A stretch of 64,000 bases of DNA from Rhabdothermincola salaria. Lineage in GTDB: Bacteria > Actinomycetota > Acidimicrobiia > Acidimicrobiales > Acidimicrobilacustridaceae. The translations under genes and the position numbers were made by a program. The stretch is taken from assembly GCF_021246445.1 (NCBI RefSeq), contig NZ_JAJQXW010000004.1, positions 124,001 through 188,000 on the forward strand. Direction: 5' to 3'. This document shows positions 47,157-55,934 of the stretch, piece by piece (the first letter of the stretch is position 1; each line of letters opens with the position of its first letter). Under the pieces are notes generated by a model. It searched no databases and was not told where the DNA came from. It saw only the letters and a list, made by a program, of their open reading frames with translations.

Positions 47157-48383
47157 TCAGGTGCAGCTGACGGGAGCGCGGGCGGTGAGGTCGGTGTAGA
47201 GGCGCCGCAGGCGAGCCGCGGTGGTGGACCACGTGTAGTGCCGGGCCCGCTCGGTGGCCGCCCGGCTCATGGCCGCGGCCCGGGCGGGATCGCCGAGGAT
47301 GGCCGCGGCGGCCCGGGCGTAGTCGTGAGGGGACCGGGTCTCGACCAGCGAGCCGGTGACTCCGTCGTCGACGAGGGTCAGCAGCCCCCCGACCGCGGCG
47401 GCCACCACCGGGGTGCCGCACGCCGCCGCCTCCAGGGCCACGAGGCCGAAGGACTCCGAGCGGCTGGGCACGATGCACAGGTCGGCCGCCCGGTAGTAGG
47501 TGGAGAGCAGGTGGTGGGGCTGGGGCTCGACGAAGCGCACCCGCTCGCCGAGGTGGTGCTCGTCGACGAGGGCGAGGGCCTGGGCCATCTCCCGCTCGCC
47601 CTCGGCGCCGCTCGGACCTCCGACCACGACCAGCACCGCATCGGGATGGGCGGCCGAGAGCTCGGCCAACGCCGAGATGGCGACCCCCAGGCCCTTGAGC
47701 GGCTGGATGCGACCGACGAAGAGCAGCACCGGGTGCTCGCCGAGACCGAGCGCGGCGCGCGCCCCCCGACGGTCGCCGGGCGAGAAGAAGGCGTGGTCGA
47801 CACCGGGGGGGACGATCTCGACCCGGCTCGGGTCGGCCCCGTAGAGCTCGACGAGCTGGGCGGCCTCGGCCGTGCCGTTGGCCAAGATGGCATCCGAGCA
47901 CCCGATGACGTCGGTCTCGGCCACCACCCGCCGGTCCGGTTCGAGGTCTCCGGTGTCGGCCTTGACCCGCGCCAGGGTGTGGAACGTGGAGACCAAGGGC
48001 AGCGAGAGCTCGTGCTTGAGTCGGTGCCCGGCCAGGCCCGAGAGCCAGTAGTTGGCGTGGAGGGCATCCGCGCCGTCGCGGCGTTGCAGGTGGTCCCGCA
48101 CGCCGTCGGCGTAGGCGTCGACCACGTCGGGCAGCTGCTCCTTGGCCAGGTCGTACGGACCGGCGTCGACGTGCACCACCCGGAAACCGGGCTCGACGTC
48201 GACGACCTCGGGCAGATCGGGCGACCACCTCCGCACGTAGACCTCGGCGCCCACGCCGGCCTGGGCCAGCGAGGCCACCAGCTCGCGCACGTAGACGTTC
48301 ATGCCGCCGGAGTCACCCGATCCGGGCTGGGCCAGCGGCGACGTGTGCAGCGAGAGGACGGCCAGGGAACGCACGGAGATCAC
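47157..48383 (-). CDS. mshA: D-inositol-3-phosphate glycosyltransferase (mycothiol biosynthesis)
   Basis: HTSPLAQPGSGDSGGMNVY, HANYWLSG, HTLARVK, FVGRIQPLKG, SESFGLVALEAAACGTP. Confidence 0.9.
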   Translation of the reverse strand: MISVRSLAVLSLHTSPLAQPGSGDSGGMNVYVRELVASLAQAGVGAEVYVRRWSPDLPEVVDVEPGFRVVHVDAGPYDLAKEQLPDVVDAYADGVRDHLQRRDGADALHANYWLSGLAGHRLKHELSLPLVSTFHTLARVKADTGDLEPDRRVVAETDVIGCSDAILANGTAEAAQLVELYGADPSRVEIVPPGVDHAFFSPGDRRGARAALGLGEHPVLLFVGRIQPLKGLGVAISALAELSAAHPDAVLVVVGGPSGAEGEREMAQALALVDEHHLGERVRFVEPQPHHLLSTYYRAADLCIVPSRSESFGLVALEAAACGTPVVAAAVGGLLTLVDDGVTGSLVETRSPHDYARAAAAILGDPARAAAMSRAATERARHYTWSTTAARLRRLYTDLTARAPVSCT

Positions 48384-48428
48384 GTTACGAGCGCCGAGAG
48401 CCGGAGCCACACTCCAGGCGGCAGGGGC

Positions 48429-49001
48429 TCACTCCGCCGGGGAGGACAGGGCGCTCTCGACGGTGGCCTCGCCGGAGCGGTAGCGGCGGGCCAACTCGCC
48501 GTTGAGCACGTCGATGGTGCGGTGCAGACGACGCCGGCGGGCCGAGACCTGCCGCTCGAGGGTGTCGAGCTCGGCGGCGAAGGCCACGAGCTCGTCGTCG
48601 GCGGCGGCGGCCACCTCGGCGGTGCGAGTCCCCCCGCGGGTGACCCGCTGCAGCTCGGCGGCCAGCTCGGGATCGATCTCGCTCGGTTCGAGGGCCATGG
48701 GGATGCGGCCGCCGGCCGTGCCGCGGCCACTCTCCGACAGCACCTCACCGAGCCCTTCCACCAGCCCGGCGAGGTCGCGCCGCTCGCCCCCGGCCCGGCT
48801 CTCGAGCTCACCCCGGACGAGGTCGAGGGGGCCTTGCACCAGGCGACGCAGGTAGGACAGCCCGGTCTCGGTGCCCACGGCCGCGTCGCGACGCTGGCGC
48901 AGCTCGACCAGGCTCAGCGCCGGCAGGTCCTCGGCACCGATCCCGTCGAGCTCGAGCGCGCTGTCGCCGTCGGGCGTCGGGGTGTCGTCGGTTCCTGACA
49001 T
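48429..49001 (-). CDS. RsiG (AmfC)-like c-di-GMP-binding anti-sigma factor
   Basis: ETGLSYLRRLVQGPLD is E-x3-S-x2-R-x3-Q-x3-D; second copy ERQVSARRRRLHRTID; ELARRYRSGEA end. Confidence 0.8.
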   Translation of the reverse strand: MSGTDDTPTPDGDSALELDGIGAEDLPALSLVELRQRRDAAVGTETGLSYLRRLVQGPLDLVRGELESRAGGERRDLAGLVEGLGEVLSESGRGTAGGRIPMALEPSEIDPELAAELQRVTRGGTRTAEVAAAADDELVAFAAELDTLERQVSARRRRLHRTIDVLNGELARRYRSGEATVESALSSPAE

Positions 49002-49089
49002 CGACCTTCTCCTGGCCTCGGGTGACGCGGCGCGGGGCGCCCGACGGCGTCACTGTAGGGCACCCTGCCGCCGCGATCAGCCCCCTCGC

Positions 49090-49269
49090 GACATCTTGCT
49101 CCCGAACGCGTAGCTGTCGGGAAAGGGCGTCACCTGTGAGCGCTCAAACCCGACAGGTTGGTCAGAGGGGGCGTGCATCGGCACCAGCTCACCGGCAGGT
49201 GGGCGACGGGAGCGCCAGCGACCCGCCCACACCGCGTCCCGACGAGCGCAGCGAGGAGGGCGCCATGGA
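49090..49269. repeat. Dispersed intergenic element, copy B
   Basis: Same end sequences as 30942-31129; internal hairpin CTGTCGGG-AAA-GGGCGTCAC-CT-GTGAGCGCTC-AAA-CCCGACAG. Confidence 0.8.
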
Positions 49270-49274
49270 CAGGG

Positions 49275-50129
49275 TCAGCCCAGGTAGCCCCACAGCATCC
49301 ACGCCCACGCCGGCCCGGCGACGAGCCACGCGTCGAGGCGCCGCAGACCGGGACCACCCGCCGCCGCCGACGGCACCAGGGCCGAACCGAGGAAGGTCCC
49401 CAGAGGAGCCGCGGCGGCCACCATGCCGCCGAACACCCACGCCGCCTGGCTGTCGAAGGGGCCGAGCTGGAACACCGAGAGGGCGAAGGTGAGCACCGCG
49501 ACGGCCGCCATCCCGGAGAGCGGCCCCTCGATGGGGGTGCTGGCCCCGGTGCCCACCAGGTAGTCGCCCGCCTCGTAGGCGCTGACGAGGACCAACAGCA
49601 CCACGAAGCTGACCGTGTCGGTGCGGGCCACCAGCACCGCCGCCGCGGCCCCCACCCCGGTGAAGAAGCCGCTGCGCAGGGTCACCCCGGCCACGGCCAG
49701 GACGACGGGACGGCCACGACGGGGGCGACCACGGGTGAAGAGCACGGCGGTGACCAGGCAGGCCACCACCGAGAGCAGCGCGACGAGCCCCACGAAGGCG
49801 ATGCCGAAGCCGGCGGCCAGGGGCAGCGCCGCACCGACGAGGCCCGACGCCAGTTGCACCGGCCGACGGTGGACCCGCCGCCACGCGGCTGCGGTCTGCA
49901 ACCCGGCCGCCCCCGCCACCAGGGCGAAGAGCACGGCGAGAGGCACCAGGCCGCCGATAGTGGCCACGAGGGCGACCAGGAACCACACGACCCCGAGACG
50001 ACCTCGCGGCCCGCCGATGGGCTCGCCCGACACCAGCCGATCGGCCCACGAGCCGGGTGATCGATCGCTGGCGGGCGGCGCCTTGGCCGATGCGGGGGTC
50101 GCAGCCCGCCGGCGCGGGGCCGTGGTCAC
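49275..50129 (-). CDS. Polytopic membrane protein, divergent CdsA/CTP-transferase-like
   Basis: ~8 TMs; YEAGDYLVG, TPIEG, GLRRLD resemble CdsA D..AY.VG, KTWEG and GG.LDR.D; GTGA-coupled to the MoaD-like gene. Confidence 0.55.
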   Translation of the reverse strand: MTTAPRRRAATPASAKAPPASDRSPGSWADRLVSGEPIGGPRGRLGVVWFLVALVATIGGLVPLAVLFALVAGAAGLQTAAAWRRVHRRPVQLASGLVGAALPLAAGFGIAFVGLVALLSVVACLVTAVLFTRGRPRRGRPVVLAVAGVTLRSGFFTGVGAAAAVLVARTDTVSFVVLLVLVSAYEAGDYLVGTGASTPIEGPLSGMAAVAVLTFALSVFQLGPFDSQAAWVFGGMVAAAAPLGTFLGSALVPSAAAGGPGLRRLDAWLVAGPAWAWMLWGYLG

Positions 50130-50386
50130 CGCGCTCCCGCAGTCGGCCCGCAACCACCCGACACCGGTGGCAGCACGGCCACCTCGTCGGCCGGTCCGAC
50201 GGGGTGATCGACCTCGGCGGGCTCGCCGTTGCACCAGACCCGGCTGTTCTCGACCACGGCGGCGAAGTCCGGGCCGTAGGCGGCTACGGCGGCGGCCAGC
50301 ACGTCGCCCACGGTGTCGCCCGCCATCTCGGCGCGAGCGGCTCCGGCCGCGTCGCGGGCAGCGGCGAAGAGACGAAGGTGGGCCAC
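50126..50386 (-). CDS. MoaD/ThiS ubiquitin-like protein with C-terminal extension
   Basis: LRLFAAAR.AAG, TVGDVL, NGE, DEVAVLPPVSGG followed by CGPTAGAR. Confidence 0.88.
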   Translation of the reverse strand: MAHLRLFAAARDAAGAARAEMAGDTVGDVLAAAVAAYGPDFAAVVENSRVWCNGEPAEVDHPVGPADEVAVLPPVSGGCGPTAGAR

Positions 50387-50473
50387 GCCGAGATGCTAGG
50401 CGTGGCTTGCGGTCGACCCGAAGCCCCGGGGGCGCACCAGGGCTGTCGCGAGCGGCGAGTACCGTCGGACCCG

Positions 50474-51064
50474 ATGACCCAGATGCTCCTCGTCCGTCAC
50501 GGCCAATCGGAGTGGAACGCCCTCGGCCGCTGGCAGGGGCGGGCCGATCCGCCCCTCACCGACCTCGGCCGGCAGCAGGCCTTCCACGCCAGCGCCCGCA
50601 TCGGCTCGGTCGACGTCGTGTGCGCCTCGCCGCTGCAACGCGCCCTCGACACCGCCCGCATCATCTCCGAGCAGATCGGGGTCGGGCCGGTGGTGGTCGA
50701 GGCCGACCTGGCCGAGCGCGATGCCGGCCAGTGGCAGGGCCTCACCCGCGCCGAGATCGAGGACGGCTGGCCCGGCTTCCTCGACACCGGTCGGCGTCCG
50801 GAGGGCTACGAGGACCAGGACACCCTCGTCGTGCGGGTGCACGGCGCCCTGGGCCGCATCGCCGCCGAGTACGAGGGCGCCGAGGTCCTGGTGCTCACCC
50901 ACGGCGGCGTCATCAACGCGGTGGAGCACGACTCCGGGCTCCCGTGGGAGCGCATGCCCAACCTCGGTGGCCGCTGGGTCACCCACCACGGCGACCGGCT
51001 GACGGTCGGCGATCGACTGGTCCTCGTCGACGACGACGAGCTCACCGTCCCCAGCCAGATCTGA
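50474..51064 (+). CDS. Histidine phosphatase (phosphoglycerate mutase family)
   Basis: LVRHGQSEWN, SPLQRA..TA, ERDAG.WQG, THGGVI. Confidence 0.92.
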   Translation: MTQMLLVRHGQSEWNALGRWQGRADPPLTDLGRQQAFHASARIGSVDVVCASPLQRALDTARIISEQIGVGPVVVEADLAERDAGQWQGLTRAEIEDGWPGFLDTGRRPEGYEDQDTLVVRVHGALGRIAAEYEGAEVLVLTHGGVINAVEHDSGLPWERMPNLGGRWVTHHGDRLTVGDRLVLVDDDELTVPSQI

Positions 51065-51073
51065 TCCTGGGAG

Positions 51074-51709
51074 GTGGCCGAGGTGGCCGTCCCGTTCCAC
51101 GAGTACCCCGTCGAGGTCGTCCGCAGCGCCCGACGTCGCAAGACCGTCGGCGCCGAGATCGTCGAAGGACGGATCCGCTTGCGGGTGCCCGCCGACAGCA
51201 CCGACGACGAGGTCGCCGCGTGGGCGGCCCACTTCGCCCAGCGCTTCCAGCGCCGCTACGGCCGCGGCGGCCGATCCGGGCACACCGGCGACGCCGACCT
51301 CCAGGCCCGCGCCGACACGCTGGCCCGCCGCTACGACCTGCCGCGAGCCACCTCGGTGCGTTGGGTGACCAACCAGCGGCGTCGGTGGGGATCGTGCACC
51401 CCGGCCACCGGCGAGATCCGTCTGTCCCACCGGCTCCAGCCGTGGCCGACGTTCGTCGCCGACAGCGTGCTCGTGCACGAGCTGGCCCACCTGGTCGAGC
51501 CCAACCACTCCAAGGCGTTCCGGGCCCTCGAGGCCCGCTACCCGCTGCTCGAACGCGCCAACGGGTTCCTGCTGGCCCAGGCCTACGGCGCCCCGACGAT
51601 CACCGACGGTCCGGCGCCGCAGTGGTGCGACGCCGACGAACCCGATGCCGTCGACGCCCCGGACGACGGCGAGTGCCACGGTCCGGGCGCCACCACCCTC
51701 TTCGGGTGA
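51074..51709 (+). CDS. YgjP/DUF45 (SprT-like) HExxH metallohydrolase
   Basis: RSARRRKTV, RWGSCT, VLVHELAHL..NHSKAF. Confidence 0.88.
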   Translation: MAEVAVPFHEYPVEVVRSARRRKTVGAEIVEGRIRLRVPADSTDDEVAAWAAHFAQRFQRRYGRGGRSGHTGDADLQARADTLARRYDLPRATSVRWVTNQRRRWGSCTPATGEIRLSHRLQPWPTFVADSVLVHELAHLVEPNHSKAFRALEARYPLLERANGFLLAQAYGAPTITDGPAPQWCDADEPDAVDAPDDGECHGPGATTLFG

Positions 51710-51722
51710 GGCGGCCGCTCGC

Positions 51723-53180
51723 CTAGCGGCGACCCGCCCGCCAATGGGCTTCGTCGCGACCCATGGCGGTGGAGGGAGCATCGCCGTGGCGGTACTCCTG
51801 GAGGATGGAGCGCCAGTGGTTGCGGGCCTCCATGCGCCCCAGCATGGCGCTCATCCCCCACACCACCCGGTCGAGCAGCACGAAGCTGGCCGGCATGTCG
51901 AGCGCGGCGATGACATCCGCGTTGGGTCCCCGCACGTCGAGCAACGTCGACAGGGCGTCCACGACGTAGGTGGTGGTGAACGTGTACTCCTCGCTCAGGT
52001 AGGCGCGGTACGGCGCGCTCACCACGTCGAAGACGCGGTCGGGATCGAGGCCGTGTCCCGGGTGCAGGAAGCCGGCCGCCTCCATCGCCGCGGTGACGCC
52101 CGCCGCGTCGACGGCCAGCACGTGGTCGATGGCGGGGGCCAGCGCCTCCCATTCGCCGGGGGCGAAGGCCTTCACCAGGCCGAAGTCGAGGAAGGTGACG
52201 GTGCCGTCGGGATGGAAGCGGTAGTTGCCCGGGTGAGGGTCGGCGTTGAAGACGCGGTGCTCGTGCAAGGAGCCCTGCACGAACCGGAACAGCACCTCGG
52301 CGGCCCGCTGGCGCAGCTCGGCCGACGCCGTGGCCCGGAACTCGTCGAAGGTGAGGCCATCGACCCACTCCGAGGTCAGCACCCGGGTCGCCGACCGCTC
52401 GGGCACCACCTCGGGGATGCGCACGAAGGGGTGTCCGGCGTAGCGGCGGGCGAATCCGGTCTGGGCGTCCGCTTCGCGTCGGTAGTCGAGCTCGTCGGCC
52501 ATTCGGGCCCGTAGCTCGTCGACCAGCGCGTGGGTGTCGAGGCCGGGCAGGGCCACGGCCGCCGCCAACGAGTAGAGGCGGTCGGCCTGATCGAGGTCGT
52601 GGGCGATGGCCCGGTCGACGCCCGGGTACTGCACCTTGACCGCCACCCGCCGGCCGTCGGGCATCACGGCGCGATGGACCTGTCCGATCGATGCGGCGGC
52701 CACGGGAACCGGGTCCCAGTCGAGGAACAGCTCCTCCGGGCGGGCCCCGAGCTCGTCGACCACGACCTGCTCGGCGAGGCTGGGCGCCATGGGCGGGACG
52801 TCCTGTTGAAGCTGGGCGAAGGCGGCCTGGGCCTCGGGAGGCAGGCCGTCGACGGCGAAGCCCACCATCTGGCCCAGCTTCATCAGCGCCCCCTTCATCT
52901 CACCCAGCTCGCGGGCCACGTCGGCGGCGCTGCGGACGACGAAGCGCTCCTCGAGCTCGGCTCGGCGGCGCTCGTCGAGGCGCGCCCCGCGCACCTTCAT
53001 CGCCGCCAGGTGCGCACCACGGCGGGCGGTGAGGCGGGCCACCCGGAGCCGGCGGTCCCACCGCTCCCGGCGTGGCGAACGCGTCACGGCCCCCCATACC
53101 GACCGGTCGCGACGGCGTCCCCGAATCGACCAGGGGCGGGGGCGGTCGCTGGGATCCGGGCGGCGGCCGGGATCGCTCAT
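51723..53180 (-). CDS. ABC1/UbiB atypical kinase
   Basis: MKLGQ, AAASIGQVH, VAVKVQYPG, ELDY..EA, NADPHPGN, LDFG. Confidence 0.93.
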   Translation of the reverse strand: MSDPGRRPDPSDRPRPWSIRGRRRDRSVWGAVTRSPRRERWDRRLRVARLTARRGAHLAAMKVRGARLDERRRAELEERFVVRSAADVARELGEMKGALMKLGQMVGFAVDGLPPEAQAAFAQLQQDVPPMAPSLAEQVVVDELGARPEELFLDWDPVPVAAASIGQVHRAVMPDGRRVAVKVQYPGVDRAIAHDLDQADRLYSLAAAVALPGLDTHALVDELRARMADELDYRREADAQTGFARRYAGHPFVRIPEVVPERSATRVLTSEWVDGLTFDEFRATASAELRQRAAEVLFRFVQGSLHEHRVFNADPHPGNYRFHPDGTVTFLDFGLVKAFAPGEWEALAPAIDHVLAVDAAGVTAAMEAAGFLHPGHGLDPDRVFDVVSAPYRAYLSEEYTFTTTYVVDALSTLLDVRGPNADVIAALDMPASFVLLDRVVWGMSAMLGRMEARNHWRSILQEYRHGDAPSTAMGRDEAHWRAGRR

Positions 53181-53854
53181 GTGGGGGCGGTGGCCAGGAT
53201 CAGGCAGTGGGGGTGCGGGTAGCCGTGGTCGAGGCGCTTCACCATCGTCGTGCAGCCCTGACCCTCGAGATGGGCGGCGAGGGCCCGGGGCTCGGCGGAG
53301 TCCACGCCGGTGCCGTCGGTGGTGCGCGACAACCGGGTGGCCGCCACCTCCTGCACGGCGGCCAGACGGGCCTTCCAGCGAGGTCGGGTGTCGACCTCCT
53401 TGATCACCAACAGCCCACCAGGGGCGAGCGCCTCGACGCAGTCGTCGAGCAGGGCTCGGCGGGCGTCGTCGCCGAGGAGGTGGAGCACGTCGGCCACGAC
53501 GATCGAGCGCCAGCCGCCGTCGAGGCGCGGCACGCGGCCGTCGCCCGCCTCGAAGTGCAGCTCGGCCTCGCCGGGGCGAAGGCGCCGGGCCGCCTGTCGG
53601 GCCACGGCGACCTTGTCGCGATCGATGTCGGTGCCCACGACCTGACGGGCCCGTCCGGCGACGGCCAGGTAGGCGGCGAACAGCCCGTCGCCGCAGCCGA
53701 GGTCGAGCACCGGGCCGGCCAGGGGCACCTCGAGCTCGAGGGCGGCGAAGGGTGCCGTCCACCACCGCACGGCGGTGCGCACGCGCGCCCCCATGGGTGC
53801 CTCGGCGTAGAGCCCCAGCGCCCGCTGGGCGGCCGGGGAGCGGGGTCCCTGCAT
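53177..53854 (-). CDS. Class I SAM-dependent methyltransferase
   Basis: VLDLGCGDG, DVLH, LAPGGLLVIKE; SD GGAAGGAG; ATGA-coupled to the ABC1 kinase. Confidence 0.88.
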   Translation of the reverse strand: MQGPRSPAAQRALGLYAEAPMGARVRTAVRWWTAPFAALELEVPLAGPVLDLGCGDGLFAAYLAVAGRARQVVGTDIDRDKVAVARQAARRLRPGEAELHFEAGDGRVPRLDGGWRSIVVADVLHLLGDDARRALLDDCVEALAPGGLLVIKEVDTRPRWKARLAAVQEVAATRLSRTTDGTGVDSAEPRALAAHLEGQGCTTMVKRLDHGYPHPHCLILATAPT

Positions 53855-54009
53855 CGAGTCTCCTTCCGTGTCGAGGACGCGGTGCCGCCGAGCGGAGGTG
53901 TCCATCTGGCACCGCAACGTAGTGGCCACGCCCTTACCGGTCCCTTCGTGGGCCACCGCCCGCCGCCGCGCCACCGAGGCCGCCGCACCCCCACCGGTAG
54001 GCTCGTCGT

Positions 54010-54082
54010 GCCCCTGTAGCCAAGCGGTCAAGGCAGCGGACTTTTAATCCGAAGAGCGTGGGTTCGATCCCCACCAGGGGCA
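54010..54082 (+). tRNA. tRNA-Lys (anticodon UUU), CCA not fully encoded
   Basis: Acceptor GCCCCTG/CAGGGGC, D arm GCC..GGC, anticodon loop CTTTTAA, T arm GTGGG-TTCGATC-CCCAC. Confidence 0.95.
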
Positions 54083-54105
54083 CCGCCGGAGACCGGAGCG
54101 CAGCC

Positions 54106-54487
54106 TCACTCGTCCCGGGCGAGGAACGACGCCACCTTGGCGGTGACCACGGCGAAGGCGCTGATCCCCACCAGCATCGTCAAGCCGGCCACGATCCGGC
54201 CGGCGGAGGTGACCGGGTAGATGTCGCCGTACCCGACCGTGGTGATGGTTACGGTCGACCACCAGAGGGCATCGAAGAACGATCCGAGCCGTTGGCCCTC
54301 CCCGACCTCCTCCACCATCGTGAAGGCCACGGCCGCCGAGATCCAGGTCAGCCCGGCCGCGCTGAGGGCCACGGTCGCGGCGTGCTTGCGCAGGACCTGT
54401 CGACCGTCTCTCGCGGCGAGGCCGCTGATGGGGCGTGATGTACTCGGCCGTCAGGGTTGGGTCGTCGATGCCCGCCACCGTCGACAC
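54106..54487 (-). pseudogene. K+ channel pore module (TVGYGD), probably an internally deleted/frameshifted ion-transporter gene
   Basis: [17 protein letters not shown] plus two TMs; in-frame stop at 54451-54453 with no good start before TM1; plausible N-terminus (VSTVAGIDD) lies in another frame. Confidence 0.55.
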
Positions 54488-54787
54488 ACTAGGAGCCGAC
54501 CCGAGCGCGGTCCGTCGAGGCGGCGCCCGCTGGCCATCCGGCCGGTGCCTGACGGGAGGCGGGTGGGCGGCCGTTGGCTTCGATCGCTCCACGCTGGGGG
54601 CGAACGGGCCCGACAACCCCCCGAACGGAGGGTCTCGTCGGGCCATCCGCCCGTCGACCAGGGATTTCGCCGTGCTCTACGATCAGCCCCGCTGGAGCCG
54701 CTGGAGCCGCGACGTCGTCGCTCCTCGATGCTTCGGTCCCACCCGGGCGCGCCGAGCGTGACCGGCCCCACACCAGCGACGAGAACC

Positions 54788-55144
54788 ATGTTGTTGCACA
54801 AGCAGTTCCGCTTCGAGTCAGCCCACCTGCTGCCCAACGTCCCGGAGGGGCACAAGTGCCGTCGTCTGCACGGCCACTCGTTCCGGGTCACGGTGTGGGT
54901 GCGAGGCGACGTCGGCGAGGAGTCCGGTTGGGTCATGGACTTCGCCGACCTCACGGCCGCCTTCGCCCCCCTGCACGACCAGCTCGACCATCGCTACCTC
55001 AACGAGATCGAGGGCCTCGAGAACCCCACCAGCGAGCGGTTGGCGATCTGGATCTGGGACCGTCTCGAGCTCCCCGGCCTGGCCCGGGTCGACGTGCACG
55101 AGACGTGCACGTCGGGCTGCCGCTACGAGGGCCCGACCAGCTGA
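54788..55144 (+). CDS. queD: 6-carboxy-5,6,7,8-tetrahydropterin synthase
   Basis: [33 protein letters not shown]. Confidence 0.93.
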   Translation: MLLHKQFRFESAHLLPNVPEGHKCRRLHGHSFRVTVWVRGDVGEESGWVMDFADLTAAFAPLHDQLDHRYLNEIEGLENPTSERLAIWIWDRLELPGLARVDVHETCTSGCRYEGPTS

Positions 55145-55199
55145 ACCCGGCGACAGGTCGACAGAGACCCGGGCGGGCCGGAACCCGGGAGGCCCAGGG

Positions 55200-55934
55200 T
55201 CAGACTGCGGTGGCGACGCCGGTGCGGGCCGCCTCGAGGACCAGTTCCCACTGCTCGACGCTGAGCTCGCCGCTGACCCGCTGGACGACGTTGCCCTCGC
55301 TGTCGACGACCACGAAGGCGGGGAAGCCCTGGATGCCGTAGGCGGCACCGCCGGTACTGGCCTCGTCGTCGACGAGGGTGGGCACGCTCCACCCCTCCCG
55401 CACCAGCCACTCACCGGGCGGGAAGTTCAGTTGGCTCGAACTCGAACCGGTGGCCATGGCCACCACGTCGACGTCGTCGGGCATGCCGTTGGCGTCGAAC
55501 CACTCCTGCAGGCGGGGCACCTCGGCCTGGCAGTTGCCGCACCAGTGGGCCAGTCCCAGCACGATCATGGGCTTGCCGGCGGGAGTGATGGTGATGGGCG
55601 AGCCGTCGAACATCTCTCCCTCGACCGTCGGCAGAGGCATGCCGGCCGCGGCATCGGCACCTCCTCGTGCCGCCGGGGGCAGCGCGGTGCCCTGCACCTC
55701 CACGGTGCCGAACTCCACGTCGCCCTCGGGCACCACGGTTCCGCCGCTCGGAGACGCCGAGCCGCCCTCGGGTCCCCCGGTGCTGGATCGCGACACGGCC
55801 ACGGCGACCACACCGGCGATGACGACGATGACGGCCAAGGCGATCCAGAGCGCAGGACTGCGGTTCTGTCCGGACTGCGACGCCTGGTGCACCTTGGCGG
55901 AGTGCGAGGTGGATCGAGAGGGACGGTTGCTCAC
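55200..55934 (-). CDS. Membrane-anchored TlpA/DsbE-like thioredoxin
   Basis: TM anchor, AHWCGNC, cis-Pro GFPAFV; GTGA-coupled to dsbB-like gene. Confidence 0.85.
   Translation of the reverse strand: MSNRPSRSTSHSAKVHQASQSGQNRSPALWIALAVIVVIAGVVAVAVSRSSTGGPEGGSASPSGGTVVPEGDVEFGTVEVQGTALPPAARGGADAAAGMPLPTVEGEMFDGSPITITPAGKPMIVLGLAHWCGNCQAEVPRLQEWFDANGMPDDVDVVAMATGSSSSQLNFPPGEWLVREGWSVPTLVDDEASTGGAAYGIQGFPAFVVVDSEGNVVQRVSGELSVEQWELVLEAARTGVATAV

Noticed and set aside
49090..49269. Canonical c-di-GMP riboswitch
   Set aside because: Class I/II consensus elements not recognisable; orientation differs relative to the two neighbouring genes
54490..54787. preQ1 riboswitch upstream of queD
   Set aside because: No recognisable preQ1 stem with A-rich tail; only generic GC hairpins
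54788..55144. queD as a tetrahydrobiopterin supplier for the AGMO-like enzyme
   Set aside because: CxxxHGH motif fits ordinary QueD, it is 27 kb away and nothing links the two
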